A stretch of DNA of 64,000 nucleotides from Methylomonas sp. EFPC3 (GCF_029643245.1 NZ_CP116398.1:3528372-3592371), one strand, 5' to 3'; positions 12,214 through 21,729 are shown, counted from the stretch's first letter. A program made the numbers and translations. The notes: generated from the letters alone by a model not told the origin.

Positions 12214-13428
12214 TTAAGTGCGGTATTCGGCGTTGATTTTGACGTAATCGTAGGAAAAATCGCAGGTCAACACCTGTTCGCTGGCCGTGCCGCGGCCCAA
12301 ACGCACCGTGACGTCGATCTCCTGCTGGCTCATGACCCGCTGGCCGTCCTGTTCGGTGTAAGACGGCGCGCGGCCGCCGTTTTCGACGATGCAGACCGTA
12401 CCCAGGTAAATCTCGATCTTCTCCAGTTCCATATTTTCGACCCCGGCCCGGCCCACGGCGGCCAGGATCCGGCCCCAGTTCGGGTCGCTGGCGAAGAACG
12501 CGGTTTTGACCAGCGGCGAATGGGCAATGGTTTTTGCCACTTGCAGCGCTTCGCCGCTGTCGCGGGCTTGCTCGACGATGATGCGCATCAGCTTGGTGGC
12601 GCCTTCACCGTCGCGAATGATCAATTCCGCCAGCCGTTTGCAGACCGAGGTCAAGGCTGCGCTGAACGCCGCCAGATGCTCGCTGCCCGGCAGTATCTCC
12701 GGCGCGCCGCTGCAGCCGCTGGCCAAGACCACGCAGGCATCGTTGGTCGAAGTATCGCCGTCGACGGTGATCCGGTTAAACGATTGCTCGACCGCCGCAT
12801 TCAGGCACTCTTGCAGCAGACCCTGCTCGATTTTGGCGTCGGTGGCGATAAAGCCCAGCATCGTCGCCATATTGGGCTGGATCATGCCGGCGCCTTTGGA
12901 TATGCCGGTAATGGCGACCGGATGGCCGCCGATGTCGAGCTTCAACGAGGCGCCTTTCGGAAAGGTGTCGGTGGTCATGATTGCCCTCGCCGCCCGGTCC
13001 CAGTGCGATTCCGCCAGATTGGCGACCGCGGCCGGCAGTGCCGCCGCCAGTTTTTCCACCGGCAGCGGTTCGCCGATCACGCCGGTCGAAAACGGCAGCA
13101 CTTGCTGCGCCAACGCATCGACTTCTCCAGCCAAACCGGCGCAGCATGCAAAGGCGTCCTGCAAGCCTTGCTTGCCGGTGCCGGCATTGGCGTTGCCGGA
13201 GTTGACCAGCAGCCAGCGCGGGTTCATCGCCAAATGCGCCTTGGCGACCTGTACCGGCGCCGCGCAAAAGGCGTTTTGGGTGAATACCGCCGCGCAACTG
13301 CCGCCTTCGGCCATTGCGATGACCAAGATGTCGTCGCGCACGGTTTGTTTGATGCCGGCGTTACTGGAGCCGAGTGTGATGCCTTGGACGGCATACATTT
13401 CAGGAAATGAGGTGTCTCCGACTGCCAT
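12214..13428 (-). CDS. argJ: Bifunctional glutamate N-acetyltransferase / amino-acid acetyltransferase ArgJ
   Basis: 404 aa. TTDTFPK...ATMLGFIATD with the autocleavage site (ATML). Confidence 0.9.
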   Translation of the reverse strand: MAVGDTSFPEMYAVQGITLGSSNAGIKQTVRDDILVIAMAEGGSCAAVFTQNAFCAAPVQVAKAHLAMNPRWLLVNSGNANAGTGKQGLQDAFACCAGLAGEVDALAQQVLPFSTGVIGEPLPVEKLAAALPAAVANLAESHWDRAARAIMTTDTFPKGASLKLDIGGHPVAITGISKGAGMIQPNMATMLGFIATDAKIEQGLLQECLNAAVEQSFNRITVDGDTSTNDACVVLASGCSGAPEILPGSEHLAAFSAALTSVCKRLAELIIRDGEGATKLMRIIVEQARDSGEALQVAKTIAHSPLVKTAFFASDPNWGRILAAVGRAGVENMELEKIEIYLGTVCIVENGGRAPSYTEQDGQRVMSQQEIDVTVRLGRGTASEQVLTCDFSYDYVKINAEYRT

Positions 13429-13465
13429 TGTTTACCTTGTTAGACTGATTAACTAATTTTGTTGT

Positions 13466-13780
13466 GTCGCTATCGCGACGAATATTTTAATGTCGGTTCG
13501 CGGACCGACAACCGCGATACTTTTCTTTGCATCGCCAAAGAAAAGTATCCAAAAGAAAGGCGACCCGGACGCCGCTTAGCTCACTCGGCACATCCATGTG
13601 CCTCGCCCTACGGGTGCAATGCATGCAAATCGGCTATCCTGCCTATTTGTCCTGCGCTCCTCGCTTTCGACGGGGATCGACAGAAGGTGCTCCTGCCCCT
13701 CTGTCGATGTGCGGCATCCCTGCCGCACCCCTGCGGGCTATTCCCGCCGAAAGCTCCGGTGCTCGGCGCGGCATACGGGA
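13466..13780. repeat. Left arm of a ~315 bp inverted repeat, hairpin-rich
   Basis: Read directly from sequence. 13520..13780 is about 95% identical to the reverse complement of 14853..15113. Contains hairpins cttttctttg-N6-caaagaaaag, gtgcggca-tccc-tgccgcac and a nested atcgacaga(ggggc-agga-gcccc)ttctgtcgat. The outer 55 bp share palindromes with compensatory changes. Confidence 0.85.
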
Positions 13781-13913
13781 CCAAAACCATCCCGGAGTTT
13801 GAAAATTATATTGGTTGTCTATATACACCGTAGCCTCAATGCAGTGAAACGGAATCGAGGGTTAGAGTGCTTCGATTATCCACGATTCCACTACGCTTCA
13901 TGTCGGCTACTTG

Positions 13914-14759
13914 CTATAGGGATTCTGTTTCCTTGAGAGATTTGCCTTGTGCGTTTTTCCATGCCGTGAGTCCATTAGCTGTTCCCCCGTGAATAACCGC
14001 AGCAGCAGCGCTTGGGCTCGTGAACTCCGTATCTTTTGTGAAAAGCAACCTATCGCCATCACGGACAAGGAAGCCATCTTCTTTTAACTTCTGTCGTAAC
14101 GATATGAGCCAAGGGTATTTTTGGGCAGAATCGCGCTCCTGCAATACCGCATGGGAACCAGAAACCACAATAATTCCGTTTGGGGTTAAGTAGCCAGAAG
14201 CCTTTAGCCCCTTTAGCTCACAGAAGAGCATTTCATATGAACCGGAGTTGGTTTTTATTGCGGCAGTGGGGACGAGAGCTTCTACGCCAAGCGCAGGGAG
14301 AAGTTGCTGCATTTTCTCCAAGAACACCTCCATATCTTCTCTGTCGGACTCTGGGAGCTTTGCACCGCTAGATTGTGCGTTCTTGAGTATGGCGCGTCCA
14401 GATTGCTTTGCTTCGTCTATAAGACGGCCTTCCAAAAATCGAATATGCGCTTTGGTTAAATTCTCGTCTTTGCTTGTAAAGAAGACGATTTGATTCCAAA
14501 AGTCCTTTTCGAGATGGCTTTTGAGGCGATCTTTAATTGACTCAGCCTCTCCGATATAAAGAGCTGGCTTTCCTGTTTCTGTATCAATGCCCGTTAGGAA
14601 GTACACGCCTGCATTCGTTGCCTCTTCCCGAGCGAGAATGCTATCGAATTCTGTTCGAGGGCCTGCCACTGCTTTGCCCGTCCAATTTGAGAGTTCTGCA
14701 GTTCGCAACCGTTTTGGGTCACCATGGGCAAGAAATATTTTAATGGTTGCGCTAGCCAA
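13914..14759 (-). CDS. GIY-YIG nuclease family protein with C-terminal DUF4357-like domain
   Basis: 281 aa. GIY-YIG core GVYFLTG...LYIGEAESIKDRL. The C-terminal half resembles the DUF4357 domain that accompanies GIY-YIG modules. Gene GC is about 48% versus about 60% in the flanks. Apparent TTG start. Confidence 0.7.
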   Translation of the reverse strand: MASATIKIFLAHGDPKRLRTAELSNWTGKAVAGPRTEFDSILAREEATNAGVYFLTGIDTETGKPALYIGEAESIKDRLKSHLEKDFWNQIVFFTSKDENLTKAHIRFLEGRLIDEAKQSGRAILKNAQSSGAKLPESDREDMEVFLEKMQQLLPALGVEALVPTAAIKTNSGSYEMLFCELKGLKASGYLTPNGIIVVSGSHAVLQERDSAQKYPWLISLRQKLKEDGFLVRDGDRLLFTKDTEFTSPSAAAAVIHGGTANGLTAWKNAQGKSLKETESL

Positions 14760-14852
14760 GTCCTGAATCCGTATAACAAAAAGATAAATGGTTTCCGTAT
14801 ATCGTACGTATCCTTGAATAAAACCGTTTCTTTACTATCGAGACGGTTTTCC

Positions 14853-15168
14853 TCCCGTATGCCGCGCCGAGCACCGGAGCTTTCGGCGGGAATAGCCCGT
14901 AGGGGTGCGGCAGGGATGCCGCACATCGACAGAGGGGCAGGAGCCCCTTCTGTCGATCCCCGTCGAAAGCGAGGAGCGCAGGACAAATCGGCAGGATAGC
15001 CGATTTGCATGCATTGCACCCGTAGGGCGAGGCACATGGATGTGCCGAGTGAGCTAAGCGGCGTTCGGGTGGCGTTTCTTTTGGTGACTTTTCTTTGGCC
15101 AAACAAAGAAAAGTTACTCGGCTGTCGGGCCGAGACCCGACGTTAAATCAGGCCGTCGCGATAGCGAC
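14853..15168. repeat. Right arm of the ~315 bp inverted repeat
   Basis: Reverse complement matches 13466..13780. The mirrored ORFs on both arms encode near-identical peptides, which is an artefact of the repeat. Confidence 0.85.
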
Positions 15169-15194
15169 TCAACTGATCAGACAACCAAAAACAC

Positions 15195-15419
15195 TCAACC
15201 CACTTCCAAAACAACCACATACTCCCCATCACCCGCACGAGTCTCCAACACCTGATGCCCATTAATCCGACACCAGGCCGGAATATCCTGCATCACCCCT
15301 GGATCGGTGCATTCCACGGTCAATACGTCGCCGGATTGCAAGGTCTTGACCTTGTCCTGGGTGCGGATTACCGGCAACGGGCACAGCAGCCGGCGTGCGT
15401 TTAACGTGAATTCGCTCAT
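15195..15419 (-). CDS. TusA-like sulfur carrier protein (SirA/YedF/YeeD family)
   Basis: 74 aa. CPLPV active-site motif. ATG overlaps the stop of the upstream PP-loop gene in an ATGA junction. Confidence 0.75.
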   Translation of the reverse strand: MSEFTLNARRLLCPLPVIRTQDKVKTLQSGDVLTVECTDPGVMQDIPAWCRINGHQVLETRAGDGEYVVVLEVG

Positions 15420-16459
15420 ACGAACCACTCCTCGGGAATTTGCTCGGCTGCCAACGGCGTTACGAAAATATTGCGTTCGGCACCGGCGCGGTCGCGTATC
15501 GTCACTTCGACTTGCTCGGCGTCGCGGCCCTGGCCGTAACGTGCCAGGATTTGCCCGGCCAAGGCCAAATCGTCTTCGCCGACTTCGCCGTCGATCAGTA
15601 CCAACGGCCCGCGGTGGCTGGTGCAATGCATGCTGACGAACTCTTTTTTATAGCCGCTCATGAAGCGGGCTTCGCCGTCCTCGCGGGCGACGATGATTTT
15701 GAAATGCGGGCGGGGGCGAATATGGCGGCCGACCTTCAACAGCATGATGTCGTCCAGATCGTAGTCGCGCTTGCCGCGGGCCTGCCACAGGTCGGTCAAT
15801 TTTAAGGAATAACTTTCGTCGGTCAGGAAGCAGCAGCCGCCGGCCGGTTGGGCGTAGTCGGCGAAACCGAATTCTTTGGCCAAGCTCATTTGCGGTTTGC
15901 GGGAGCGGCCACTGAAGCCGAACATCTTGTCGCGGCTGATCCAACCCTCGCGCTCCGGCAGCGTGGCCGGCAGGTTTTGCGCGGATAAAGGGCGTACCAA
16001 TAAATCGTCGGCGCCGGATTCGGCGGCGACGATCGGCATGGTCTGCTTGCGTTGCGACATCGGCCGTTGGCCGACCACTTCACCGGTGATGATGAAATCG
16101 AAGCCGTTTTCCTGCATCCACTGCTTGGCCTTGTTGACCATGAAGATCTTGCAGTCCAGGCACGGGTTCAGATTGGCGCCGTAGCCGTGTTTGGGGTTCA
16201 GCAGCACTTGTTTGTATTCCTCGATGATATCGATGATGTGCAGCTTGATGCCGAGTTGTTCGGCTACCCACAGCGCGTTGTTACGCTTGACCTTGTCGGC
16301 ATCCTGCTTGCGGATGGCGTGGGTGTGGCCTTCGACGCAAAATCCGGTAAAGAAGTTGATGCCTTCGACATGGATGCCCTGGTTCATGATGGTCTGGCAG
16401 GCCAGCATGGAATCCAGGCCGCCGGAAATCAGCGCCACGGCTTTTCGTTGTTGACTCAT
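15416..16459 (-). CDS. MnmA/TrmU-like PP-loop ATPase (tRNA thiolase family paralog)
   Basis: 347 aa. N-terminal PP-loop SGGLDS. Collinear similarity to MnmA: QGIHVEGINFF vs QGYQVEGLFMK, LGIKLHIIDIIEEY vs LGIELHTVNFAAEY, and NPCLDCKIFM. Confidence 0.55.
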   Translation of the reverse strand: MSQQRKAVALISGGLDSMLACQTIMNQGIHVEGINFFTGFCVEGHTHAIRKQDADKVKRNNALWVAEQLGIKLHIIDIIEEYKQVLLNPKHGYGANLNPCLDCKIFMVNKAKQWMQENGFDFIITGEVVGQRPMSQRKQTMPIVAAESGADDLLVRPLSAQNLPATLPEREGWISRDKMFGFSGRSRKPQMSLAKEFGFADYAQPAGGCCFLTDESYSLKLTDLWQARGKRDYDLDDIMLLKVGRHIRPRPHFKIIVAREDGEARFMSGYKKEFVSMHCTSHRGPLVLIDGEVGEDDLALAGQILARYGQGRDAEQVEVTIRDRAGAERNIFVTPLAAEQIPEEWFV

Positions 16460-16626
16460 AACGGGGGGAATTAACGGAAAAAACGCAGCATTATACTGCG
16501 GATTAGGTGTTCCGGGTTAGGTCGAGTGTGGCGGTGGGTTGTAAAAGCCCACAAATAACAAGGGCTTGCGCATGTGTCCGTTGCCGTAAGCCGGGGCGAG
16601 TGCGAACGGCGAACAGATGGCCTGGG

Positions 16627-17259
16627 TTATGGCTGCCAAATTTGGGCGTCGTAATAACGGATCAATTCCGCCGTATTATTGATTTGCAATTTGCCGCACA
16701 GCCGCGATTTGTAAGTGCTGACGGTTTTGTTGCTGATTGCCAGTTCCTGGCCGATTTCGGTAATGCCTTTGCCGTTGGCCAGCATTTGCAGAATTTGAAA
16801 CTCGCGGGCAGACAGTTTTGGGTGCGGTTTCGATTCCGGGGCTACTATGTCGGCAAAGGCCAATTTTTCGGCCAGCTTCGGGTCGATAAAGCGTTGGCCG
16901 GCTGCGACTGCGCGGATGGCGGCCATCAGCGTTTCCGGATCGCTGTCTTTGGTCAGGTAACCTTTGGCGCCGGCCCTCAACGCCAGGCTAACGATTTGCA
17001 GTTCGTTGTGCATGCTCAACACCAGCACCGGCAGCGTCGGGAACTCCCGCCGGATCCGGCTTATCGTTTCGCAGCCGCCCGGGCCGGGCATGTTCAAATC
17101 CAGCAGAACCAGGTCTACTGTGCAGCGCTGCAGGCAGTCCAGCAGTTGTTCGCTGTTTTCGGCTTCGCCGCCAATTTCGATGTCCGCGTTCAGTGCGAAC
17201 AATTGTTTGAGCCCGCTACGCACGATGGCGTGGTCGTCGGCTATGAGCAGTCGAATCAT
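16627..17259 (-). CDS. Two-component response regulator, NarL/FixJ (LuxR HTH) family
   Basis: 210 aa. REC domain with the phospho-acceptor Asp, plus a C-terminal LuxR-type HTH. Confidence 0.85.
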   Translation of the reverse strand: MIRLLIADDHAIVRSGLKQLFALNADIEIGGEAENSEQLLDCLQRCTVDLVLLDLNMPGPGGCETISRIRREFPTLPVLVLSMHNELQIVSLALRAGAKGYLTKDSDPETLMAAIRAVAAGQRFIDPKLAEKLAFADIVAPESKPHPKLSAREFQILQMLANGKGITEIGQELAISNKTVSTYKSRLCGKLQINNTAELIRYYDAQIWQP

Positions 17260-19877
17260 AAAAGGTATCTGTTGGGGGTGGCCGGAACCCGGACCCGAAT
17301 GGTCGTGCCCGTGTCCGGGGTGCTGAGGAATTCGCTTGTGCCGCCCAGCATAATGGCGCGTTCCTGGATGCCGATCAAACCGAACGATTGGGCTTTCCTG
17401 GCGTCCGATGCAGCGAATCCCCGACCGTTATCGCAAATTTCCAGGTAGTAAAAGCCGGGCTCCATGGCGATGCGAATTTTAACCTTGTCTGCGCCGGAAT
17501 GCTTCAGGACGTTGGTCAGCGACTCCTGGACAATGCGGAATAACGCCGTTGCGCATTCTTCGTCCATTTCCGGGCCGTTGTCGGGATGACTGAAATCGCA
17601 GGCAATGCCGGATTGGTCGGAGAATTTTTTGATGTGCCATTGCAGCGCCGGCACGATGCCCATTTCAAGCGCCGACGGCCGTAAGGAGGTCGCCACGTCG
17701 CGGGTGACTTCTATGGTTTTGTCCAATAACAGCATCGTATCGCGAATTTTCTCGGCCAGCTCGGCGTTGCCCTCGGCGAACCGCAGACGCATCAGCGAGA
17801 TCTGCATGCGCAGTGCGGTCAGCATCTGGCCGAGTTCGTCGTGGATCTCGCGGGCGATGCGTCTGCGTTCCTCTTCGCGGGCTTTTTCGCGGCGGGCGTA
17901 GAGTTGCCGCAATCGGGAGCGGGAGTATTCCAGGTCGCGTTCGATTTCTTTCAGCTCGGTAATGTCTTGCGACGTACCCACCGCGCGCAGAAACCGGCCC
18001 TGGCTGTCGAAGTCGAGTTCGGCCCGTTCCCGCAGCCATTTGAGCTGGCCGTTGACCAGAATGCGGTGCTGGATATCATACGGCGCGCCGTTCATGGCCG
18101 CCTGCCAGGCTTGGTCGATAAAAGCCCGGTCGTCCGGATGCACGCAGTCCAGGAAATGTTGGTAGGTGACGGCGGCCCCGAGCGGGGTGCCGAATATCCG
18201 GTAGTTTTCGTCCGACCAATGCAAGCTGGTGCGGTCGGCGTCCAGCCGCCAACTGCCCAGATGCGCCTGTGCTTGGGCGTGGGCCAGATGCGCTTCGCTG
18301 TCGCGTAAGGCGTTCTCGATGGTTTTGTAGCGGGTGACATCGATGTTAACGCCGACGATTTTTTGCTGCTCGCCGTTCGGGCCGCTGCCGACGATGGCGG
18401 CCGCCTGGATGTAGCGCAAACTGCCGTCGTTTTGGCGGCGGATGCGGAATTCCCAATGTTGTTCCCGCCTGTCGTGAATCAACTTGCGCAGTTTGGCCTT
18501 GCAGCGCGGCAAATCTTCCTGGACTACCAGTTGCGCCCACGCCTCGTAATCGATCGGCGTGCCTTGGGCGATACCGAACATCTGGTACATGCGCGGGTCC
18601 CAGTCGGCTTGACCGCTGCCGATCTCCCATTCACAGATGCCGATGGCCGAGGCCTGGGTGGCCAGCCGCAAGCGCTCGCTGTAGTTACGCAAGGTATCTT
18701 CCGCGACGCGTTGTTCGGTAATGTCTCTGGCCAGTCCGGTGGTGCCGAGCACTTCGCCGCTTTCGCCGATCACCGGCGATTTGATCGTTTCAGTCCAGGT
18801 TTCGCGGCCGGCGTCGAACGCGCGTTCGGTGAGCTGGATTTGACGACGGTTATGCATGACCTCCCGGTCCACTGCCAGATAATGTTCGGCCAGTTCGCGC
18901 GGCCAGATGTCGTAATCGGTAATACCGTCTAGCGCCTGTAGCTCTTTGATGCCGACCGCCTGCAACCAATGCTTGTTGGCTTGCAGGTAACGGCCGTCGC
19001 GGTCTTTCATCCAGGCCAGGAACGGCAGGTTGTCGTATATCGCCCGCAGGCTGGCGGCCGATTCGCCGATCCTTTTTTGGGCAGACTTCAATTCGGTGAC
19101 ATCGGTCACCAGTACGAAAAAACCGTTGACCCGGCCGTCGCCGTAATCGGGCAGATAGGCCGTCTGGGTGTAGCGCTCCCTGCCGGAAACATCGACGATG
19201 GTGCGTTCGAAAAACTGGGGTTCTCCGGCTAAAACTGCTTCCAGATAGGGTTGGTTCAAGCCATACAATTTATCGCCGATCACGTCGCGGATGTGCTTGC
19301 CGAGCATGCTGCTCGGGGTAAAACCGAACCACTCCTCGTAGGCCGTGTTGCCGAATCGGTTGTGCAGATTCCGGTCCCAGTAACCGATCATGGCCGGCAT
19401 GTGGTTTAGAACCGCACTCAAATTTGGGCTGTGCTCCAGCACTTCGGCCGCGGATTCTGCCGGCGCAGGGGGCGGGCTCGGCGGCCGGGACGAGAATAGC
19501 AACAAGTGGGCTTGGCCTTGCGGACTGTCGATCCGGCGAATTTTCAGCGACAGCGGGATCCAGGTATTGTCAGTGCTGCTCAGGTAAAGGTCGATTACGG
19601 CCGAAGCTTCGGCGGCATGCGAGCTAGCCGGCCACAACTCGTCTGCGATCAGGTAGCGCCGGGTCCGGTCTGCATGATATAGCGCCGGTTGCCATTCGCC
19701 GACTTTGGCGAGCTTGCGGCCGGCGAGTCCGAACAGCGATTCGGCGGCGGGATTGGCGTATAGGATCTGGTGCTTGGCGTCCAGCACCAGGACCGCGTCA
19801 TCGATACTCGCGACAATGCCGTATAGCCAGTCGATTTCGGTATACGGGTCATTCAGCTTGAAACGAGTGTGGGGCAT
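17256..19877 (-). CDS. Multi-PAS sensor histidine kinase (HisKA_3 / NarX-like)
   Basis: 873 aa. Several PAS/PAC repeats, H-box EIHDELGQMLTAL, and a HATPase_c domain. Overlaps the regulator start by 4 nt. Confidence 0.8.
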   Translation of the reverse strand: MPHTRFKLNDPYTEIDWLYGIVASIDDAVLVLDAKHQILYANPAAESLFGLAGRKLAKVGEWQPALYHADRTRRYLIADELWPASSHAAEASAVIDLYLSSTDNTWIPLSLKIRRIDSPQGQAHLLLFSSRPPSPPPAPAESAAEVLEHSPNLSAVLNHMPAMIGYWDRNLHNRFGNTAYEEWFGFTPSSMLGKHIRDVIGDKLYGLNQPYLEAVLAGEPQFFERTIVDVSGRERYTQTAYLPDYGDGRVNGFFVLVTDVTELKSAQKRIGESAASLRAIYDNLPFLAWMKDRDGRYLQANKHWLQAVGIKELQALDGITDYDIWPRELAEHYLAVDREVMHNRRQIQLTERAFDAGRETWTETIKSPVIGESGEVLGTTGLARDITEQRVAEDTLRNYSERLRLATQASAIGICEWEIGSGQADWDPRMYQMFGIAQGTPIDYEAWAQLVVQEDLPRCKAKLRKLIHDRREQHWEFRIRRQNDGSLRYIQAAAIVGSGPNGEQQKIVGVNIDVTRYKTIENALRDSEAHLAHAQAQAHLGSWRLDADRTSLHWSDENYRIFGTPLGAAVTYQHFLDCVHPDDRAFIDQAWQAAMNGAPYDIQHRILVNGQLKWLRERAELDFDSQGRFLRAVGTSQDITELKEIERDLEYSRSRLRQLYARREKAREEERRRIAREIHDELGQMLTALRMQISLMRLRFAEGNAELAEKIRDTMLLLDKTIEVTRDVATSLRPSALEMGIVPALQWHIKKFSDQSGIACDFSHPDNGPEMDEECATALFRIVQESLTNVLKHSGADKVKIRIAMEPGFYYLEICDNGRGFAASDARKAQSFGLIGIQERAIMLGGTSEFLSTPDTGTTIRVRVPATPNRYLL

Positions 19878-20035
19878 GGCGTCCGCCGCATTGTAAAAGA
19901 CGCAAGGATAGACGAGTAAGCGGTGGCGATGGCAAAGATTTTCCGGACTAATTCGTGCCGGCCAATCGTCTCGGCCTTCACATGTCCGGCTGTTGACCTA
20001 AACTTTGAACATTTTTTAACGCGAGATTGGCCGGT

Positions 20036-21190
20036 ATGGAATTTAGAGACTATTTGAAAATCCTGGTGCAGCACGACGGTTCCGATTTGTATTTGACGGC
20101 CGGCGCGCCGCCGGCCGCCAAATTCCAAGGCACCTTGAAGCCGTTGGAAAACGTCAAGCTTACCCCGGAGCGGATCAAGCAAATCGCCGACAGCGTGATG
20201 GACCACGAGCAACGCGCCAGTTTCGAGCACGTGCCGGAGATGAATCTGGCCATCACTGAAGAGGGCATCGGCCGGTTCCGGGTCAATATTTTCAAGCAGC
20301 GCAATTGTTATGCCTTGGTAATCCGCAACATCAAGGTGGATATTCCGAATGCCGACGTTTTGGGTCTGCCGCAGATTTTGAAAGACAAAATCATGGAGAA
20401 GCGCGGCCTGATTTTGTTCGTCGGCGGCACCGGCTCCGGTAAATCGACTTCGCTGGCGGCCTTGATCGATTACCGCAACAGCAATTCGTCGGGCCACATC
20501 ATCACCATCGAAGATCCGATCGAATTCGTGCATCCGCATAAACGCTCGTTGGTCAATCAGCGCGAAGTCGGGGTCGATACCCTAAGCTACGAAGACGCCT
20601 TGAAGAATACGCTGCGCCAAGCGCCCGACGTGATCCTGATCGGCGAAATCCGCAGCCAGGAAACCATGGAGCATGCGTTGGCCTTTGCCGAAACCGGCCA
20701 TTTATGCCTGTCGACCTTGCATGCCAATAACGCCAACCAGGCGCTGGACCGGATCATCAACTTCTTTCCGGAAGAGCGCCGGCCGCAATTGTTGATGGAT
20801 TTGTCTTTGAATTTGCAGGCCTTTGTCTCGCAACGCCTGGTGCCGACCATAGAAGGCAAGCGGGTGGCGGCGATCGAAATTCTGTTAGGTACCAAACTGG
20901 TCAGTGATTTGATCCACAAGGGCGACATTCATGCCATCAAGGAAGCGATGGAAAAGTCGGAAAATATCGGTATGCAGACCTTCGACAGCCATCTGTTGAA
21001 GCTGTACAAAAGCGGCGTGATTTCGTTGGAAGAAGCGCTGCGCAATTCGGATTCGCCGAACAATCTGAAACTGAAAATCAATTTGAGCGAGGGTTTGGGT
21101 TCGGCTACCAAACAAACCGGAGCGCTGGGCAGTCTGGCTTTGGAAGAGATCAGCAAGAAGGAAGGCGACGACGGCGACGGAGGGCATTGA
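20036..21190 (+). CDS. PilT/PilU-family twitching-motility ATPase (third paralog in window)
   Basis: N-terminus MEFRDYLKILVQHDGSDLYLTAGAPP resembles Pseudomonas PilU. Walker A GGTGSGKST. The ORF track starts 3 codons earlier at a TTG. Confidence 0.8.
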   Translation: MEFRDYLKILVQHDGSDLYLTAGAPPAAKFQGTLKPLENVKLTPERIKQIADSVMDHEQRASFEHVPEMNLAITEEGIGRFRVNIFKQRNCYALVIRNIKVDIPNADVLGLPQILKDKIMEKRGLILFVGGTGSGKSTSLAALIDYRNSNSSGHIITIEDPIEFVHPHKRSLVNQREVGVDTLSYEDALKNTLRQAPDVILIGEIRSQETMEHALAFAETGHLCLSTLHANNANQALDRIINFFPEERRPQLLMDLSLNLQAFVSQRLVPTIEGKRVAAIEILLGTKLVSDLIHKGDIHAIKEAMEKSENIGMQTFDSHLLKLYKSGVISLEEALRNSDSPNNLKLKINLSEGLGSATKQTGALGSLALEEISKKEGDDGDGGH

Positions 21191-21210
21191 TGTCGGCCGT
21201 AGCGGCCGGG

Positions 21211-21534
21211 TTATGGCAAATCTTCCGGATTCAGGATTTTATAAATTTCGTAGGCCGGTTGTTGGTAGGGATGGCTGTCTAGCAGGGTTTGCACGGCGGT
21301 TTTGATAACGTGGTCGGCGCAAACCATTTCCACCTTGTACTCGGCGACGGTTTCCAGCCTATCGATCGCGCCTAGATACGGCTCGCTCCCGGCTAAGGGG
21401 CGAAACTGGCCCTGGCCCAGCGTTTGCCAGCAGCAGCGATCGTAATCGCCGAAACGGCCGGCGCCCTGTTCGAATAGCGCTTGCTTGATGGCTTCAACGT
21501 GGCTGGCCGGCGCGTAAAAACAAAGTTTATACAT
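21211..21534 (-). CDS. Small conserved protein, possibly CutA/Nif3-insert-like PII fold
   Basis: 107 aa. HPYQQPAYEIY is reminiscent of the CutA HPYExPE motif. Family assignment is uncertain. Confidence 0.3.
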   Translation of the reverse strand: MYKLCFYAPASHVEAIKQALFEQGAGRFGDYDRCCWQTLGQGQFRPLAGSEPYLGAIDRLETVAEYKVEMVCADHVIKTAVQTLLDSHPYQQPAYEIYKILNPEDLP

Positions 21535-21579
21535 GGCGCGCCGACCTCTCCCGGTGAAACCCGCTATCGGCGAAGCGCA

Positions 21580-21729
21580 TCAGCCGGCCGCCAGCAAAAA
21601 TACGCCCCACAACACGACGACCAGTGTGATTTCCTCGATCATGTTGAGTGCCGCCTGACGGTCGGCGCGAATGTGCATGGCTAATTGGTTGGCTTTTTGG
21701 TCTCGCATATGGACTGATTGGCGCGGCAT
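21580..21729 (-). CDS. 49-aa hydrophobic peptide immediately downstream of lexA
   Basis: Found by eye; too short for the ORF track. Sequence MPRQSVHMRDQKANQLAMHIRADRQAALNMIEEITLVVVLWGVFLLAAG. Strong SD GAGGAAACC 7 nt upstream, 12 nt after the lexA stop, with a C-terminal transmembrane helix. Confidence 0.45.
   Translation of the reverse strand: MPRQSVHMRDQKANQLAMHIRADRQAALNMIEEITLVVVLWGVFLLAAG

Noticed and set aside
12121-13456. Long antisense ORFs (429 aa and 316 aa on +) overlapping argJ, and similar Arg/Pro-rich ORFs opposite many genes
   Set aside because: Typical spurious open frames of high-GC DNA. They are low-complexity and lack conserved motifs, while the sense-strand genes are clearly conserved.
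13466-13780. Repeat arms as group II intron domain V, tRNA or rRNA fragments
   Set aside because: A ccgtatg string recalls domain V, but the partner strand and GNRA loop are absent. No cloverleaf or rRNA signatures are present.
13459-15106. Mirror-image ORFs inside the two repeat arms encoding near-identical peptides
   Set aside because: They arise because the same sequence is present in both orientations. Composition is Arg/Pro/Cys-rich nonsense, and the arms are better explained as structured non-coding repeats.
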